This document shows positions 54,049 through 64,000 of a stretch of 64,000 bases of DNA, one piece after another. The DNA comes from Tolypothrix carrinoi HA7290-LM1. Lineage in GTDB: Bacteria > Cyanobacteriota > Cyanobacteriia > Cyanobacteriales > Nostocaceae. Below the pieces are notes generated by a model, which saw nothing but the letters and a program-made list of their open reading frames with translations, was not told the origin of the DNA and ran no database searches. Position 1 is the first letter of the stretch. Each line of letters starts with the position of its first letter. The translations under genes were made by a program, and so were the position numbers. The DNA lies in contig JAHHIK010000004.1 of assembly GCA_019358935.1 (NCBI GenBank), positions 32,001 through 96,000 on the forward strand, given 5' to 3'.

Positions 54049-55456
54049 TCGAAGTCTCATCAAGACTTGCCAAAATCTTCTTAATTACCGCTTTCGGTCC
54101 ATCAGAACCCCAAGTTGCCCCATTAGCTAAATAAGCTTTAGTGACTTGTCCGATTCCGTAAGAAGCCACACCAGTTACCCCAGCTTGAGTTATCGCAACT
54201 GATACATAAGGAGCAAAAGAAACGCCACCTGTAACGGGTGCAGAGATACCAAGTAAAGTTTTTAACCCGCTCAAACCGAGAGTTGCTAACAGTTCGCTGG
54301 CACCGATACCGCCCATACTCAGGGCGATTTTTTGTAATAATTGTACGGCTCCAGTTTCCGTCATCGGGATGCCGTATAGTTTGGATAAACCGAGAATTAA
54401 AGCAATATCAATAACTACACCGCTCAGTATATCCACCACTGTAATGGGATTGAGAGCGATCGCTAAAGCTTTAGTCATCACCGCTTTCCAAATCAACTGA
54501 TTCGCAGCGCGATCGCGAATCATCAATTTCCGCTGCACCAATTGCTCATTCACATTATCCGCGTAAATCATCGTGTTGAGAGCCACTAAAGCTTTACCCT
54601 CGCGGTGTAAAATCTCTAATATTTTCAGCTTTAATTCTTCAACTTGGGCATTACCTGCACGCAATTGTATCCCCCTAGTACCATCAGCGCGTTGAACCGC
54701 TGTTTTAACCAAAGGTGATGCTGCTGCCATGACAATTTCTAGGGGTGAGAGTAATTCCCGCACCCTTTCATCGCGGACTTTGTGGTAAACTGCCATGCGA
54801 TCGGCTTCTGGATACTGGTCAACCTTGTTAAACACCAAAATTATCGGTTTACCAGCTTCGCGCAACTGAGAAAGAGCCTCATGTTCTAATTTCGTCATGT
54901 CCCCAGAAATAACAAACAGAATTAAATCTGCTTGTTTTGCGACTTGTTCAGCTAAAGCAGTGCGAGTTTCCCCATCTACTTCATCTAAACCCGGAGTATC
55001 AATCAATTCCACCTGAGATTGACCGATTCCAGGTAAAGTGACACGTAGAGTGCGATTTTCAGAAGCGATCGCTTCGGAACTAATACTCCAATTAACTCGC
55101 TGTGCAGCACGAGTAACACCATGCAAAGGACCCGTTTCAAACACCGATTGTCCAACCAAAGCATTCAATAAAGAAGACTTCCCACGTCCCACCATCCCAA
55201 AAGCCGCAATTTGCACCACCATGCGGTCTAACTTCCCCAACATCACTTCTAAATCGCCAATTTCCGCTTCCAATCCGCGTTTTTCTTGGGGAGTCAAATC
55301 AAGTTTTGCTACCAAACTTCTTAATGCCGTTTGTGCCTGCTTATAATTAAGTTCCGCCTGAATATCCTCAAAACTGAAAATAGCCTTATCAAGTTCTTCC
55401 TCCCAACTAGAAGAATCACTTTCATGAGGATCGGGCAAAGGTAACGTCGAATTCAT
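53996..55456 (-). CDS. Era-like GTP-binding protein with DUF697 domain
   Basis: GMVGRGKSS, DTPG, NKVD; hydrophobic C-terminal region. Confidence 0.88.
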   Translation of the reverse strand: MNSTLPLPDPHESDSSSWEEELDKAIFSFEDIQAELNYKQAQTALRSLVAKLDLTPQEKRGLEAEIGDLEVMLGKLDRMVVQIAAFGMVGRGKSSLLNALVGQSVFETGPLHGVTRAAQRVNWSISSEAIASENRTLRVTLPGIGQSQVELIDTPGLDEVDGETRTALAEQVAKQADLILFVISGDMTKLEHEALSQLREAGKPIILVFNKVDQYPEADRMAVYHKVRDERVRELLSPLEIVMAAASPLVKTAVQRADGTRGIQLRAGNAQVEELKLKILEILHREGKALVALNTMIYADNVNEQLVQRKLMIRDRAANQLIWKAVMTKALAIALNPITVVDILSGVVIDIALILGLSKLYGIPMTETGAVQLLQKIALSMGGIGASELLATLGLSGLKTLLGISAPVTGGVSFAPYVSVAITQAGVTGVASYGIGQVTKAYLANGATWGSDGPKAVIKKILASLDETSILNRIKDELQQKIKRRS

Positions 55457-55985
55457 ATTAATTTCGGTTATATTTTAAATTTTAAATAAACACTATTTTT
55501 GATCGTAGTGATTTTTAGGAGGCGAGTGCGGATCTTGACTAATAAACATGCCTAATTACTTTGTTCCCGGTGCAAGATTACCTCTGTTTTCTCTTCCTCT
55601 GTGTTGCGCCAGTCGCTACAACGGGGGGAACCCCCGCAACGCGCTGGCTTCTCTGTGCCTCTGCGGTTCGTTAAAAAATTAGCTATTCTCCAAGATAAAT
55701 GTAGGGTGCGTTAGGACTATCGTCCGTAACGCACCAACTTAAATACTAAATTCGGGTGCGTTACTTCGCGCTTCACACCCTACCTAAAGGGCAACAAACT
55801 GAACTGCAAGATTCGGTGACAACTTCTGCGAAGTCACCGAATCTGACCACCCGTGTCTTGGTAGTACCATCCCTACCTACACCTACCTACTTACCTCACA
55901 CAGACATTTTCTTAAATTTGCTAGAGTACACACACCAGGATATTTCAGTTAAACCTCTGATAATGCCAGCATTTTAAGGCAACCC

Positions 55986-57458
55986 ATGCTAACAAATACC
56001 CTACTTCTCTCCAATCAACTCCCCACCTTGCAATACACCTCCACACCAGAGCGATTCGATGAAACCTGGGAAGCACCCCTGGCAATCCTCCTGGGACTAG
56101 GACGCGCAGCCGGCGCGGACTTCATCGAATTCTTCTTAGAACGTCGCAACTATATTAGTTGCCTTGCAGAAGACGATTCTATCACCAGCATTTCACCCAG
56201 CCTTGCTACTGGTGCAGGAGTGAGAGTATTTCGTGGCAAAGCCGACTGCTACGTAAGCACCAACAACCTATCATTTACCGGTTTGAAAGCCGCATTAGAA
56301 AAAGGACTTTCCATCTTAGGATTGCAACTACCAGCAGCTAACGCTTTCATTCCAGAAATCAACCTCGAACTCCTCAGAGACTACGCAACCAAAAGAGGCA
56401 AAGACAAATGGCTACCTTTATGTAGTTCCATCCGCGAAATGGGAGAAGTCCTCCTTGATAGTACCGCTTACTTGCAACGAAAAGCCAACCACATTCAATC
56501 TCGCCGCGCTACCTACTTCCGCGATTGGCAAGAAGTCTTAATTGCCGCTAGTGATGGCACATTTGCCCGTGACATTCGTCTGACTCAGTCCGTCGGCTTT
56601 AACCTTTTGTGTGCTGATGGCGCAAATCGTACCTCCATCGCCGAACGTGCTGGTAATACTAGCGATGCCAACTTCCTGAGAACCTGGGATTACCAACAAT
56701 CCGCCGAGCATATAGCCGAATCAGCCGGGAAAATGCTTTACGCCGATTACGTAGAATCCGGCACATACCCCATCATCATGGCGAATCACTTTGGCGGAGT
56801 AATTTTCCACGAAGCCTGCGGACACCTTTTAGAAACCACGCAAATTGAACGCAACACTACACCCTTTGCTGACAAAAAAGGCGAAAAAATCGCCCACGAA
56901 AGTTTGACAGCATGGGATGAAGGACGTTCTGAAAACGCCTTCGGTACAATTGACATGGACGACGAAGGAATGCCCGCTCAAAGAACGCTATTAATTGAAA
57001 AAGGCGTTTTAAAGAACTTCTTAGCAGATAGAACCGGTTCATCGCGCACCGGACACCCCAGAACCGGCAGCGGGCGCCGTCAAAATTACACCTATGCAGC
57101 TGCTAGTCGGATGCGAAATACTTATATTGCAACTGGTGAATACAGCACAGAAGATTTATTTGCCTCCATTGACAAAGGCATTTACTGTAAAAAAATGGGT
57201 GGTGGTAGCGTCGGTGCTACAGGACAATTTAACTTTGGTGTAGACGAAGCTTATCTAATAGAAAATGGCAAAATTACCAAGCCATTAAAAGGAGCCATCC
57301 TCATCGGCGAAGCAAAGGAAATTATGAATAAAATTTCCATGTGTTCGCAAGATTTATCATTAGCCGCAGGTTTTTGTGGCTCGGTCAGTGGCAGCATTTA
57401 CACCACAGTTGGACAACCCCACATCAAAGTAGATTCTATCACCGTAGGCGGACGCTAA
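55986..57458 (+). CDS. tldD: TldD metalloprotease
   Basis: [21 protein letters not shown]...VGQP. Confidence 0.92.
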   Translation: MLTNTLLLSNQLPTLQYTSTPERFDETWEAPLAILLGLGRAAGADFIEFFLERRNYISCLAEDDSITSISPSLATGAGVRVFRGKADCYVSTNNLSFTGLKAALEKGLSILGLQLPAANAFIPEINLELLRDYATKRGKDKWLPLCSSIREMGEVLLDSTAYLQRKANHIQSRRATYFRDWQEVLIAASDGTFARDIRLTQSVGFNLLCADGANRTSIAERAGNTSDANFLRTWDYQQSAEHIAESAGKMLYADYVESGTYPIIMANHFGGVIFHEACGHLLETTQIERNTTPFADKKGEKIAHESLTAWDEGRSENAFGTIDMDDEGMPAQRTLLIEKGVLKNFLADRTGSSRTGHPRTGSGRRQNYTYAAASRMRNTYIATGEYSTEDLFASIDKGIYCKKMGGGSVGATGQFNFGVDEAYLIENGKITKPLKGAILIGEAKEIMNKISMCSQDLSLAAGFCGSVSGSIYTTVGQPHIKVDSITVGGR

Positions 57459-57611
57459 AAAATTTTGGATTTTAGATTTTTGATTTTGGATTATAAAGTT
57501 GGATGATGCACATACACCTGATGTTGAACCATTTACTTTAATCTAAAATCTTGAATCTAAAATCTGTTCTCTACCAATCTAAAATCTAAAATCCAAAATC
57601 CAAAATCGACT

Positions 57612-58952
57612 ATGCCGAATATCAACGAAATTGCAACATCTGCCAAGGAAACTGCTAACAAACTTGGCATTAATAAATTTGACATTTACGGCTCAACCGT
57701 AGATGAAACCAGCGTACAAGTAGATCAAGGTGAGCCAAAACAAGTTAAAGCTTCAAATCGCTCTGGTGTCACCGTTCGTGTTTGGAACGAAGACAACACA
57801 ATGGGTGTCACCAGCACCACAGATGTAGATCCAAAAGGACTGGAATTAGCTTTGAAAACCGCTTACGAAGCTAGTTTCTTCGGTGTGAAAGAAAACGTCC
57901 CTGATTTTAGTCCAGAAGCGACTGTCAACATCGAGAATAATAAGAGCGAGAAAGCAAATCAAGCACCCGTTTCGCAACTAATAGAAAGCCTGATTGTCGC
58001 CGAAAAAGAACTTTTAGCAGTTCACCCGGCGATTAAAGGAGTACCTTATAACGGTTTAGCGCAAAGAGATATTGACAGGTTCTATCTCAACAGCAATGGT
58101 GCAATTAGAACCGAATCTCACTCTTTAGCATCGATATATCTTTACAGCAAAACCGAGGAAGAAGGTAAAAAACCGCGTAGTGCTGGTGCTTTTAGAATCA
58201 ACCATAGTTTAGATAACCTAGATATCAATGGTTGCATCAAAGAAACAGCAGATAAAACAATTAGCCATTTGAACTATGAAAAAGTAACAACTGGTAAATA
58301 TCGAGTAGTTTTCTCAGCAGAAGCTTTCTTGAGTTTGCTAGGTGCTTTTTCTAACTTGTTCAACGCTCAAAGTATTCTCGACAAGCAAAGTCTATCTACC
58401 CCTGATTCTCTCGGAAATCAAATCGCTTCCCCGCTGCTTTCTGTATGCGATGATGCGCTGCATCCAGCTAACATTGGTGCGGAAGCTTTTGATGGCGAAG
58501 GAACTCCTACACGTCGAGTTTCGCTAATTGAAAACGGTGTTTTAACAGGCTTTCTCCACAGTGCTGGTACTGCGAAAAGAATGAACGCCAATCTTACAGG
58601 TAATGCAAGCATCGGTGCAAAAGTTAGCGTCAGTCCTAACTTTTACCACGTATTTGCAGCCGCAAATTCTGAGCAAGAATACAGCTTAGAAACTGCGGAA
58701 AATGTCATTCTCATCGATGATTTGCAAGCTTTACATGCGGGAGTGAAATCTTTACAAGGCTCTTTTTCACTACCGTTTGATGGTTGGTTAGTCAATAAGG
58801 GCGTGAAAACCAGTATCGAGTCTGCAACAGTTGCAGGCGATTTTCTGGAAGTTCTCAAGTCAATTATTTATGTTGAGAAAGAACCAGAATTGACACCCGG
58901 AGGTGTTTGTCCAAGAATTTGGATTGATGAATTATCGATTACTGGCGAGTAA
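57612..58952 (+). CDS. pmbA: PmbA/TldE partner subunit
   Basis: FDGEG, G.FS motif, no HExxxH; follows tldD. Confidence 0.88.
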   Translation: MPNINEIATSAKETANKLGINKFDIYGSTVDETSVQVDQGEPKQVKASNRSGVTVRVWNEDNTMGVTSTTDVDPKGLELALKTAYEASFFGVKENVPDFSPEATVNIENNKSEKANQAPVSQLIESLIVAEKELLAVHPAIKGVPYNGLAQRDIDRFYLNSNGAIRTESHSLASIYLYSKTEEEGKKPRSAGAFRINHSLDNLDINGCIKETADKTISHLNYEKVTTGKYRVVFSAEAFLSLLGAFSNLFNAQSILDKQSLSTPDSLGNQIASPLLSVCDDALHPANIGAEAFDGEGTPTRRVSLIENGVLTGFLHSAGTAKRMNANLTGNASIGAKVSVSPNFYHVFAAANSEQEYSLETAENVILIDDLQALHAGVKSLQGSFSLPFDGWLVNKGVKTSIESATVAGDFLEVLKSIIYVEKEPELTPGGVCPRIWIDELSITGE

Positions 58953-59028
58953 AAAATAGCAGGTGCGGTAGAGACGTTCCAGTGGAACGTCTCTACGGGA
59001 TGGTTGCCGCTAATCACCCAAATTAGCA

Positions 59029-59469
59029 TTACTCGCCACCACCTACGCCGATATTGGTATTAAACACATCAGTACCATTCAAATTAGCGCCGATTAAAGT
59101 AGCGCCTTCTAACTCGGCACTATATAAGGTAGCATTGCTTAAGTTAGCATTGGTAAGATTGGCATTATTTAAAGTCGTGCTATTTACAAATGCCTCTTTC
59201 AAATTAGCACCCTTCAAATTAGCGCCAGTTAAATCAGCACCTTCTAAATTAGCATTTTGTAAATTAGCACCGTTCAAATTAGCATTCCGCAAATCTGCAC
59301 CGATCAAGTGAGCGCTCTTAAGGTTTGCACCGCTTAAATCACACTTGAAACATTCTCCGGTTTTTAGCAAACGCTGAACATGAGCGGGGTTTGCTGCTTT
59401 TGCGGGAACGGAAGCACCCAGAGATATTGCGCTTAATAAAGCTACCGCAGCTAAAGATTTAATTCTCAT
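59029..59469 (-). CDS. Pentapeptide repeat protein with signal peptide
   Basis: CxxC followed by A(N/D)Lxx repeats. Confidence 0.92.
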   Translation of the reverse strand: MRIKSLAAVALLSAISLGASVPAKAANPAHVQRLLKTGECFKCDLSGANLKSAHLIGADLRNANLNGANLQNANLEGADLTGANLKGANLKEAFVNSTTLNNANLTNANLSNATLYSAELEGATLIGANLNGTDVFNTNIGVGGGE

Positions 59470-59842
59470 AGTTAATTCCCTCCCAAATTTTTAGAAGTTA
59501 TTTAATAAGTATTTGGCACAAATCCTAAAGATATACTTTGCTTTGCAACCGCTTACTTAACTTCTACAATGCCATTCTTGCCCATTCCTGAATTCAACGC
59601 CTCATGCGATCGGAGGAATTAAAAGTTTGAATTCTATCCAGTATCCTTGTTTTAGCTACGCTAAAGGTAGTAAGTTTCTATGTAAGTTGCTTGGGCAATC
59701 AAACCAGATTCAAACTCGTAAAAAGCTTTTGTGATAGATATCCTGGCTGTTTAGTCAGAGCTTTATGCTACACATAAGATTTAATATAAATCAGAATCTG
59801 TCTTTGGGTAGAGAAGAACATGTAAATTTGTAGCTGTGTTTA

Positions 59843-60679
59843 TTATCTCGTAAGAGCGATCGCTCTCGATTTCCTCTGCATCCACAAAGCCAGCACACCC
59901 AACAACACCAACCCCATCAACCCAGCTAAAGGATTTTTATTCACACCTGTAACCCAATCCGGAACTGCACCAGAATATTTAGTTAATTGCCCAACATTGA
60001 TAATGTAATAACCCCAAAGTAAACCAGCGTGAAATCCTATCGATAAGCCCAAACGCCCTCTGCGCCAGCGTTTTGCACACACCAAAAATAACGCTAGCAG
60101 CAATAAGCCGAAAAATTGCGGCGCTGTGTGAATAATTTCTGGCAGTGGTTTAATAAAGTGGCTGACAGCAAAAATAACCGCAGTTGCCCAAAGTACCACA
60201 CGGAGATTGTAATCGCGCTGCAACTCGTCAAACAACCATCCGCGAAATATTAACTCCTCCGCAAATCCATAAACCAAGGCAACAATCAACCCTTCTAAAA
60301 TAACTCTCAGTAAAAAAATACTGGGTTTTTGCCACACTAGCCAACCCAGCAATCCTTCTACCCCAAATAAAATCAAAATATTAATCAGTCCAATCGCCAA
60401 GCCACGCAGCAAATCGATTGCATTTTGCGGCGTTCTTTCTAAACCATAATGCCTCAGTATCTGGGGTTGCTTGTAAAGTTTTTTGCCCCAAAACCGCAGT
60501 AGCAAGATAAACTCTACATACAGCAATGGCATTGTCAAAATAGTTACTAAGTTGTCATCGCGCACTAATAAGCGAATTGGTGCTGCTACTGGCAACCACA
60601 GCAACAACAATCCCAAAATAAATATACCCAGCCGAACAGGGGCAGGGTATTGAGACACACGAAGATAATTAACTTTCAA
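59843..60679 (-). CDS. CPBP (Abi/CAAX) intramembrane metalloprotease
   Basis: AEELIFRG, FAVSH, GFHAG. Confidence 0.9.
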   Translation of the reverse strand: MKVNYLRVSQYPAPVRLGIFILGLLLLWLPVAAPIRLLVRDDNLVTILTMPLLYVEFILLLRFWGKKLYKQPQILRHYGLERTPQNAIDLLRGLAIGLINILILFGVEGLLGWLVWQKPSIFLLRVILEGLIVALVYGFAEELIFRGWLFDELQRDYNLRVVLWATAVIFAVSHFIKPLPEIIHTAPQFFGLLLLALFLVCAKRWRRGRLGLSIGFHAGLLWGYYIINVGQLTKYSGAVPDWVTGVNKNPLAGLMGLVLLGVLALWMQRKSRAIALTR

Positions 60680-60700
60680 AAACCTTTTACCTGTTGATTG

Positions 60701-60982
60701 TTATTCGTCAGGTTCTATTGTGCTGGTCAAACCGTGATTTTTCAAGGTTTCACAATAGAACTCAGCGTGTTCCTGAGCACAAGTAATAACTAAAGCTAAC
60801 CCATTCGTATGAGCTTCCATCATGATACTAACAGCTTGGGGCTGGCTAAGGTTCGGCACTGTGGTTATTAGCACCTGCACCACATGCTCCATCGGGTTGA
60901 AGTCATCGTTATGGAGCAAAACGCGATACCGAGGCGCAAGCTTACGGGTTGTTGAACGCTTCTCAATGGTTTCGACTGACAC
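60701..60982 (-). CDS. clpS: Clp protease adaptor ClpS
   Basis: YRVLLHNDDFNPMEHV, MMEAHTNG. Confidence 0.95.
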   Translation of the reverse strand: MSVETIEKRSTTRKLAPRYRVLLHNDDFNPMEHVVQVLITTVPNLSQPQAVSIMMEAHTNGLALVITCAQEHAEFYCETLKNHGLTSTIEPDE

Positions 60983-61248
60983 GGCTATTTGCTCTTTTCT
61001 GGTTTATCTAGTAGAGATTGTCTGTAAGCGCGATCGCTTAACAGTTATTTACCTATTCTATCTTATACAAACGCAAATAAATGCTCATGAAAAACTTTTG
61101 CTGCTTAGGTTTGATAATTGCATCTACTTTTCGTCAACCCTGATAATTCACACGGTTCGCAGCATCTTCCCAGGATACCACACTTTCTATGCTCTTAAAA
61201 TGAAGAAAGCAGCAATACAATCGTTGCCGCAACCCTTCTCACCTAATT

Positions 61249-61608
61249 ATGGACATTAACCTATTTCAGCCAGGACAAATTGTGTCTTTAGAGCATGACG
61301 CAAAACGCCTGTATGCAGAAGTGATTCAAGTTGTCGTTTCCCGCAAGTTGTGCTGGGTGCGTCCTTTGCTGTTAGTTGCTTTCATTGAAGAACCGCCGAT
61401 AATAACTGACCTGCGAGATGCTTCTGACCTGCTTTGGTCGATAAATTTATTTCAACCCGCCTTAGACACAGAAGTTATTACGCTGTTAAGTCAAATTTTC
61501 GCCAAAGAACCAAAACACGAGCTTGATTGTGATGCTAAACAGCAACTCAATCAATTTTTGCACTTTTTTTGGCAAGCGCACAAAGAAAAATCAGAAAATA
61601 AAGATTAA
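61249..61608 (+). CDS. Hypothetical protein
   Basis: 119-aa ORF with ordinary composition; function not recognised. Confidence 0.65.
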   Translation: MDINLFQPGQIVSLEHDAKRLYAEVIQVVVSRKLCWVRPLLLVAFIEEPPIITDLRDASDLLWSINLFQPALDTEVITLLSQIFAKEPKHELDCDAKQQLNQFLHFFWQAHKEKSENKD

Positions 61609-61907
61609 AGGAATTTTTTCTCGCGTTGCATAATTCTCTGCTTTGGGCGTGCGCCTAGAAGTGAGTAATATTATGCATGGCAATTAACTACTGAAATCAT
61701 GAAAATATCGAAGCAGTGTTTTCACAGTTTAAGTTACGCCAAAAAACCAAAGGTGTACTTAGTAGAAAAATCCCAGTAGTGGTATTGCCACTATTCCTGC
61801 ACTGCCTCTACTACAAAAGTATTTATAAATTTGGTAATTTAGTTACAAAATGCAAATTAACTTAATGTATTCAACAATTATTTAAACGAACGAAATCAAA
61901 ATTACGA

Positions 61908-62102
61908 TTAAAGGCTAGGAACCAACTTAATTCTACCTGCATCCATCTCTGCCATTAATAGTTCTAAAGCTTCATAATCAACATCAGAAATGTAACCCAT
62001 TTGAGTCAATTCAGAATTGATTTCGTTTTCAATTTCTGGAGTTAATTTTTTAATAAAAAGCGCTCTTTCTACTAATTGACGAATAGCGTACTGAGTTCTC
62101 AT
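61908..62102 (-). CDS. Small hypothetical protein
   Basis: MRTQYAIRQLVERAL...LTPEIE...DYEALELL; ATG 62102. Confidence 0.65.
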   Translation of the reverse strand: MRTQYAIRQLVERALFIKKLTPEIENEINSELTQMGYISDVDYEALELLMAEMDAGRIKLVPSL

Positions 62103-62182
62103 ATACAATAAAGCAATTACAATTGTTACCAATTATCCAAGGTATTGTCTGGTATAAAGAGTGATCCAGATCTGTATATACC

Positions 62183-62198
62183 TGTGATCTAAATCACA
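62183..62198. promoter_or_regulatory. CRP-family binding site TGTGA-N6-TCACA
   Basis: TGTGATCTAAATCACA, one base from the ideal CRP palindrome, in a divergent intergenic region. Confidence 0.65.
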
Positions 62199-62558
62199 AC
62201 AATATCGGGTAGATAATTTGCCATTAATCAGGCATCTACCAATGGGAAGAGAGACACACAGAAATACTTGAATCTTGCTTCAATCAGCTTGACTCATTGG
62301 TTGACAAAGGTATATATACATAACGACTTCTGGAGTCATCTACCCTAGGGTTGTATATATTGATTGTTTTTTAAGTAGAGTAAAAAATTTGTATATTTAA
62401 ATACTGTTTTTTAGACAGTTATGACAATCTTTAAACAAATAGGCTCTGGTAATAAAGATTCAGCAAAGAGACGTAATACGAATGGTCGATGTAAGAGAAA
62501 AGAGATTATGGTCAAATACATCTATCTTTACAGTTGAATAATTTTAATAGGATCTAAA

Positions 62559-62888
62559 ATGCAAGCCGTACTAGAATCTCCGAAAATTGCTGTTATTCGT
62601 CCCCAGAGCTGTTTAAATGCCGCAAACGCCTTAGAATTTGAGCGAGACTTGACAGCAGCCTTGACGCAAAATGATATTTCTATCTTGGTTGTAGATTTGG
62701 CAGCAGTAGAATCTTTAGACAGCGCCGGTTTGATGGCTTTAGTTTCGGCGCTGAAGCTAGCTCAAAGTTTAGGACGGCGTTTTAGCCTTTGCGCTGTATC
62801 ACCGGCAATAAAAATTATATTTGAATTAACGCAACTTGATGAAATTTTTGAAATAATTGAAGGTACGGCACAGTTGCCAGCAGTCTGA
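62559..62888 (+). CDS. STAS-domain anti-sigma factor antagonist
   Basis: VVDLAAVESLDSAGL, IFELTQLD. Confidence 0.9.
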   Translation: MQAVLESPKIAVIRPQSCLNAANALEFERDLTAALTQNDISILVVDLAAVESLDSAGLMALVSALKLAQSLGRRFSLCAVSPAIKIIFELTQLDEIFEIIEGTAQLPAV

Positions 62889-62920
62889 CAACATATAGCA
62901 ATCATATATGATTTGATGCC

Positions 62921-62956
62921 TAGAAACCCGGTAACTCGTGCGAAACCGGGTTTCTA
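62921..62956 (+). terminator. Palindrome/terminator after the STAS gene
   Basis: TAGAAACCCGGT...ACCGGGTTTCTA. Confidence 0.5.
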
Positions 62957-63167
62957 AAGTTTTAATTTCTTTCAAGCGATGTTGACAAACCTAATCAATG
63001 CTAAGGTTGGAGGTGAGAGCTAGACTTAATCGTAAAATTATTGACCAAAATTATTACGCCAAATCGTCATTCAGCTTAAGTACGATCGGTGGTATAATCG
63101 CCTTAATGCCGAAAATCAAGGCTTAATTATTCGGTTTGTAAACCGCAGTTCTGTCAAAACTGACCAG

Positions 63168-63568
63168 CCTGTTACAAGGTCGAACGGGAAGTCCACGTTT
63201 CGTTAAATTGGTTGAAAATAGTGGGTGACTCATGGCTAAAAGCTTCAACCAGTGCTTCGACGTGGCTCAACAACCATATTTAATCTTGATTAGGGTGGGC
63301 TACACCCGAATTTACGCCTGTGGGACGGCAGTTGCTACAACGGGGGTAACCCCAACGCCAGGTGCTTTAAGCCGGGAAACCCTTGCGGCAGTCGCTCATG
63401 GGGGGAACCCCCAAGACCGCGCTGCCGATGCCTACGCACTGGCTTTGCAACGCACTGCCTCACAAGAAGGAGCCGACTCCCTTGGGTGAAACAGGAAGCA
63501 GACCCTTCAAGAGCAATCTTGATTGAATGGTAAGGCTTAGATAAGTTTAACCAAGTTTTGTGTAGCAG
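63168..63568 (+). mobile_element. Putative non-autonomous IS607-like remnant retaining the tnpB-tail/omegaRNA region, interrupted by nested small repeats
   Basis: Removing 63325-63461 restores GGGTGGGCTACACCCGAATTTACGCCTGTGG-ACAAGAAGGAGCCGACTCCCTTGGGTGAAACAGGAAG; ends ...AAGTTTAACCAAGTTTTGTGTAGCAG; CAG at both junctions. Confidence 0.5.
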
Positions 63569-63600
63569 CATAAGAATTTAAGTAGCTAGAAGATAGCACA

Positions 63601-64000
63601 GTGGCTGTACCAGTTGAAAATTTAATTACATCGGATATTTTAAAGCCAGCTCGTTATCTCGGTAACGAACTGGGTGCAGTACATAAGCCTTGGGATACGG
63701 CGACAACACGTTGGGTATTAACTTATCCAGAAGTATATGAAGTCGGCGCATCTAACTTAGGGCATATCATCCTCTATAACATTTTGAATGCCCAGCCGCG
63801 CTCGTTGTGCGATCGCGCTTACCTACCAGCACCAGACCTGGCAGCTAAACTACGGGCAACGCATACACCGCTGTTTGCAGTAGAATCAAAGCGATCGCTA
63901 ACTGAATTCGACATTCTCGGTTTTAGCCTCAGTTATGAACTGGGTGCAACCAATATCCTAGAAATGTTGAATTTGGCTGGGATTCCCCTCACATGGCTTG
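63601..64000 (+). CDS. TIGR03960-type B12-binding radical SAM protein (5' part, runs off the window)
   Basis: GTG start; MAVPVENLITSDILKPARYLGNELGA...YPEVYEVGASNLG...FDILGFSLSYEL; not in the ORF track because it is truncated. Confidence 0.85.
   Translation, partial: MAVPVENLITSDILKPARYLGNELGAVHKPWDTATTRWVLTYPEVYEVGASNLGHIILYNILNAQPRSLCDRAYLPAPDLAAKLRATHTPLFAVESKRSLTEFDILGFSLSYELGATNILEMLNLAGIPLTWL

Noticed and set aside
55986..58952. TldD/PmbA as leader peptidase of the kinase/HopA1 system
   Set aside because: About 36 kb away and a widespread housekeeping pair; no linkage evidence
62391..62404. NtcA-activated promoter as a firm feature
   Set aside because: GTA-N8-TAC is frequent by chance in AT-rich DNA and there is no clear TAN3T at the expected spacing
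63232..63571. 85-aa and 78-aa ORFs as real genes
   Set aside because: Composed of nested palindromic repeats and a probable transposon-end remnant

Overview
Chromosomal window from a filamentous, probably heterocyst-forming (Nostocales-type) cyanobacterium. This is inferred from very frequent HIP1 octamers (GCGATCGC), heptameric STRR tandem repeats, GTAG-type REP-like palindromes and cyanobacterial marker genes (PSRP-3/ycf65, pentapeptide repeat proteins, phylloquinone men cluster). Most of the window is housekeeping: tRNA-Val, tRNA-Ala, mazG, proA, menF/menA/menC/menE plus thioesterase, hisF, ruvB, atpD-atpC, tldD-pmbA, clpS and a radical SAM gene start. The most interesting signals are: (1) a transposase-less, TnpB-less IS200/IS605-family element (6031-6905) that keeps both cognate ends, a small RHH-like gene and a consensus promoter pointing into a ~470-nt omegaRNA-like non-coding region; (2) a second, IS607-like omegaRNA-only remnant (~63168-63568); (3) a TerB-C/DUF2791 ATPase/Lhr-like helicase module split by an antisense TPR gene; (4) an APH-kinase/HopA1 pair with no visible precursor peptide; (5) a WD40 pseudokinase; (6) nested very small mobile palindromic repeats, several recruited in-frame into enzymes. 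All family assignments come from motif recognition by eye, not from database searches.
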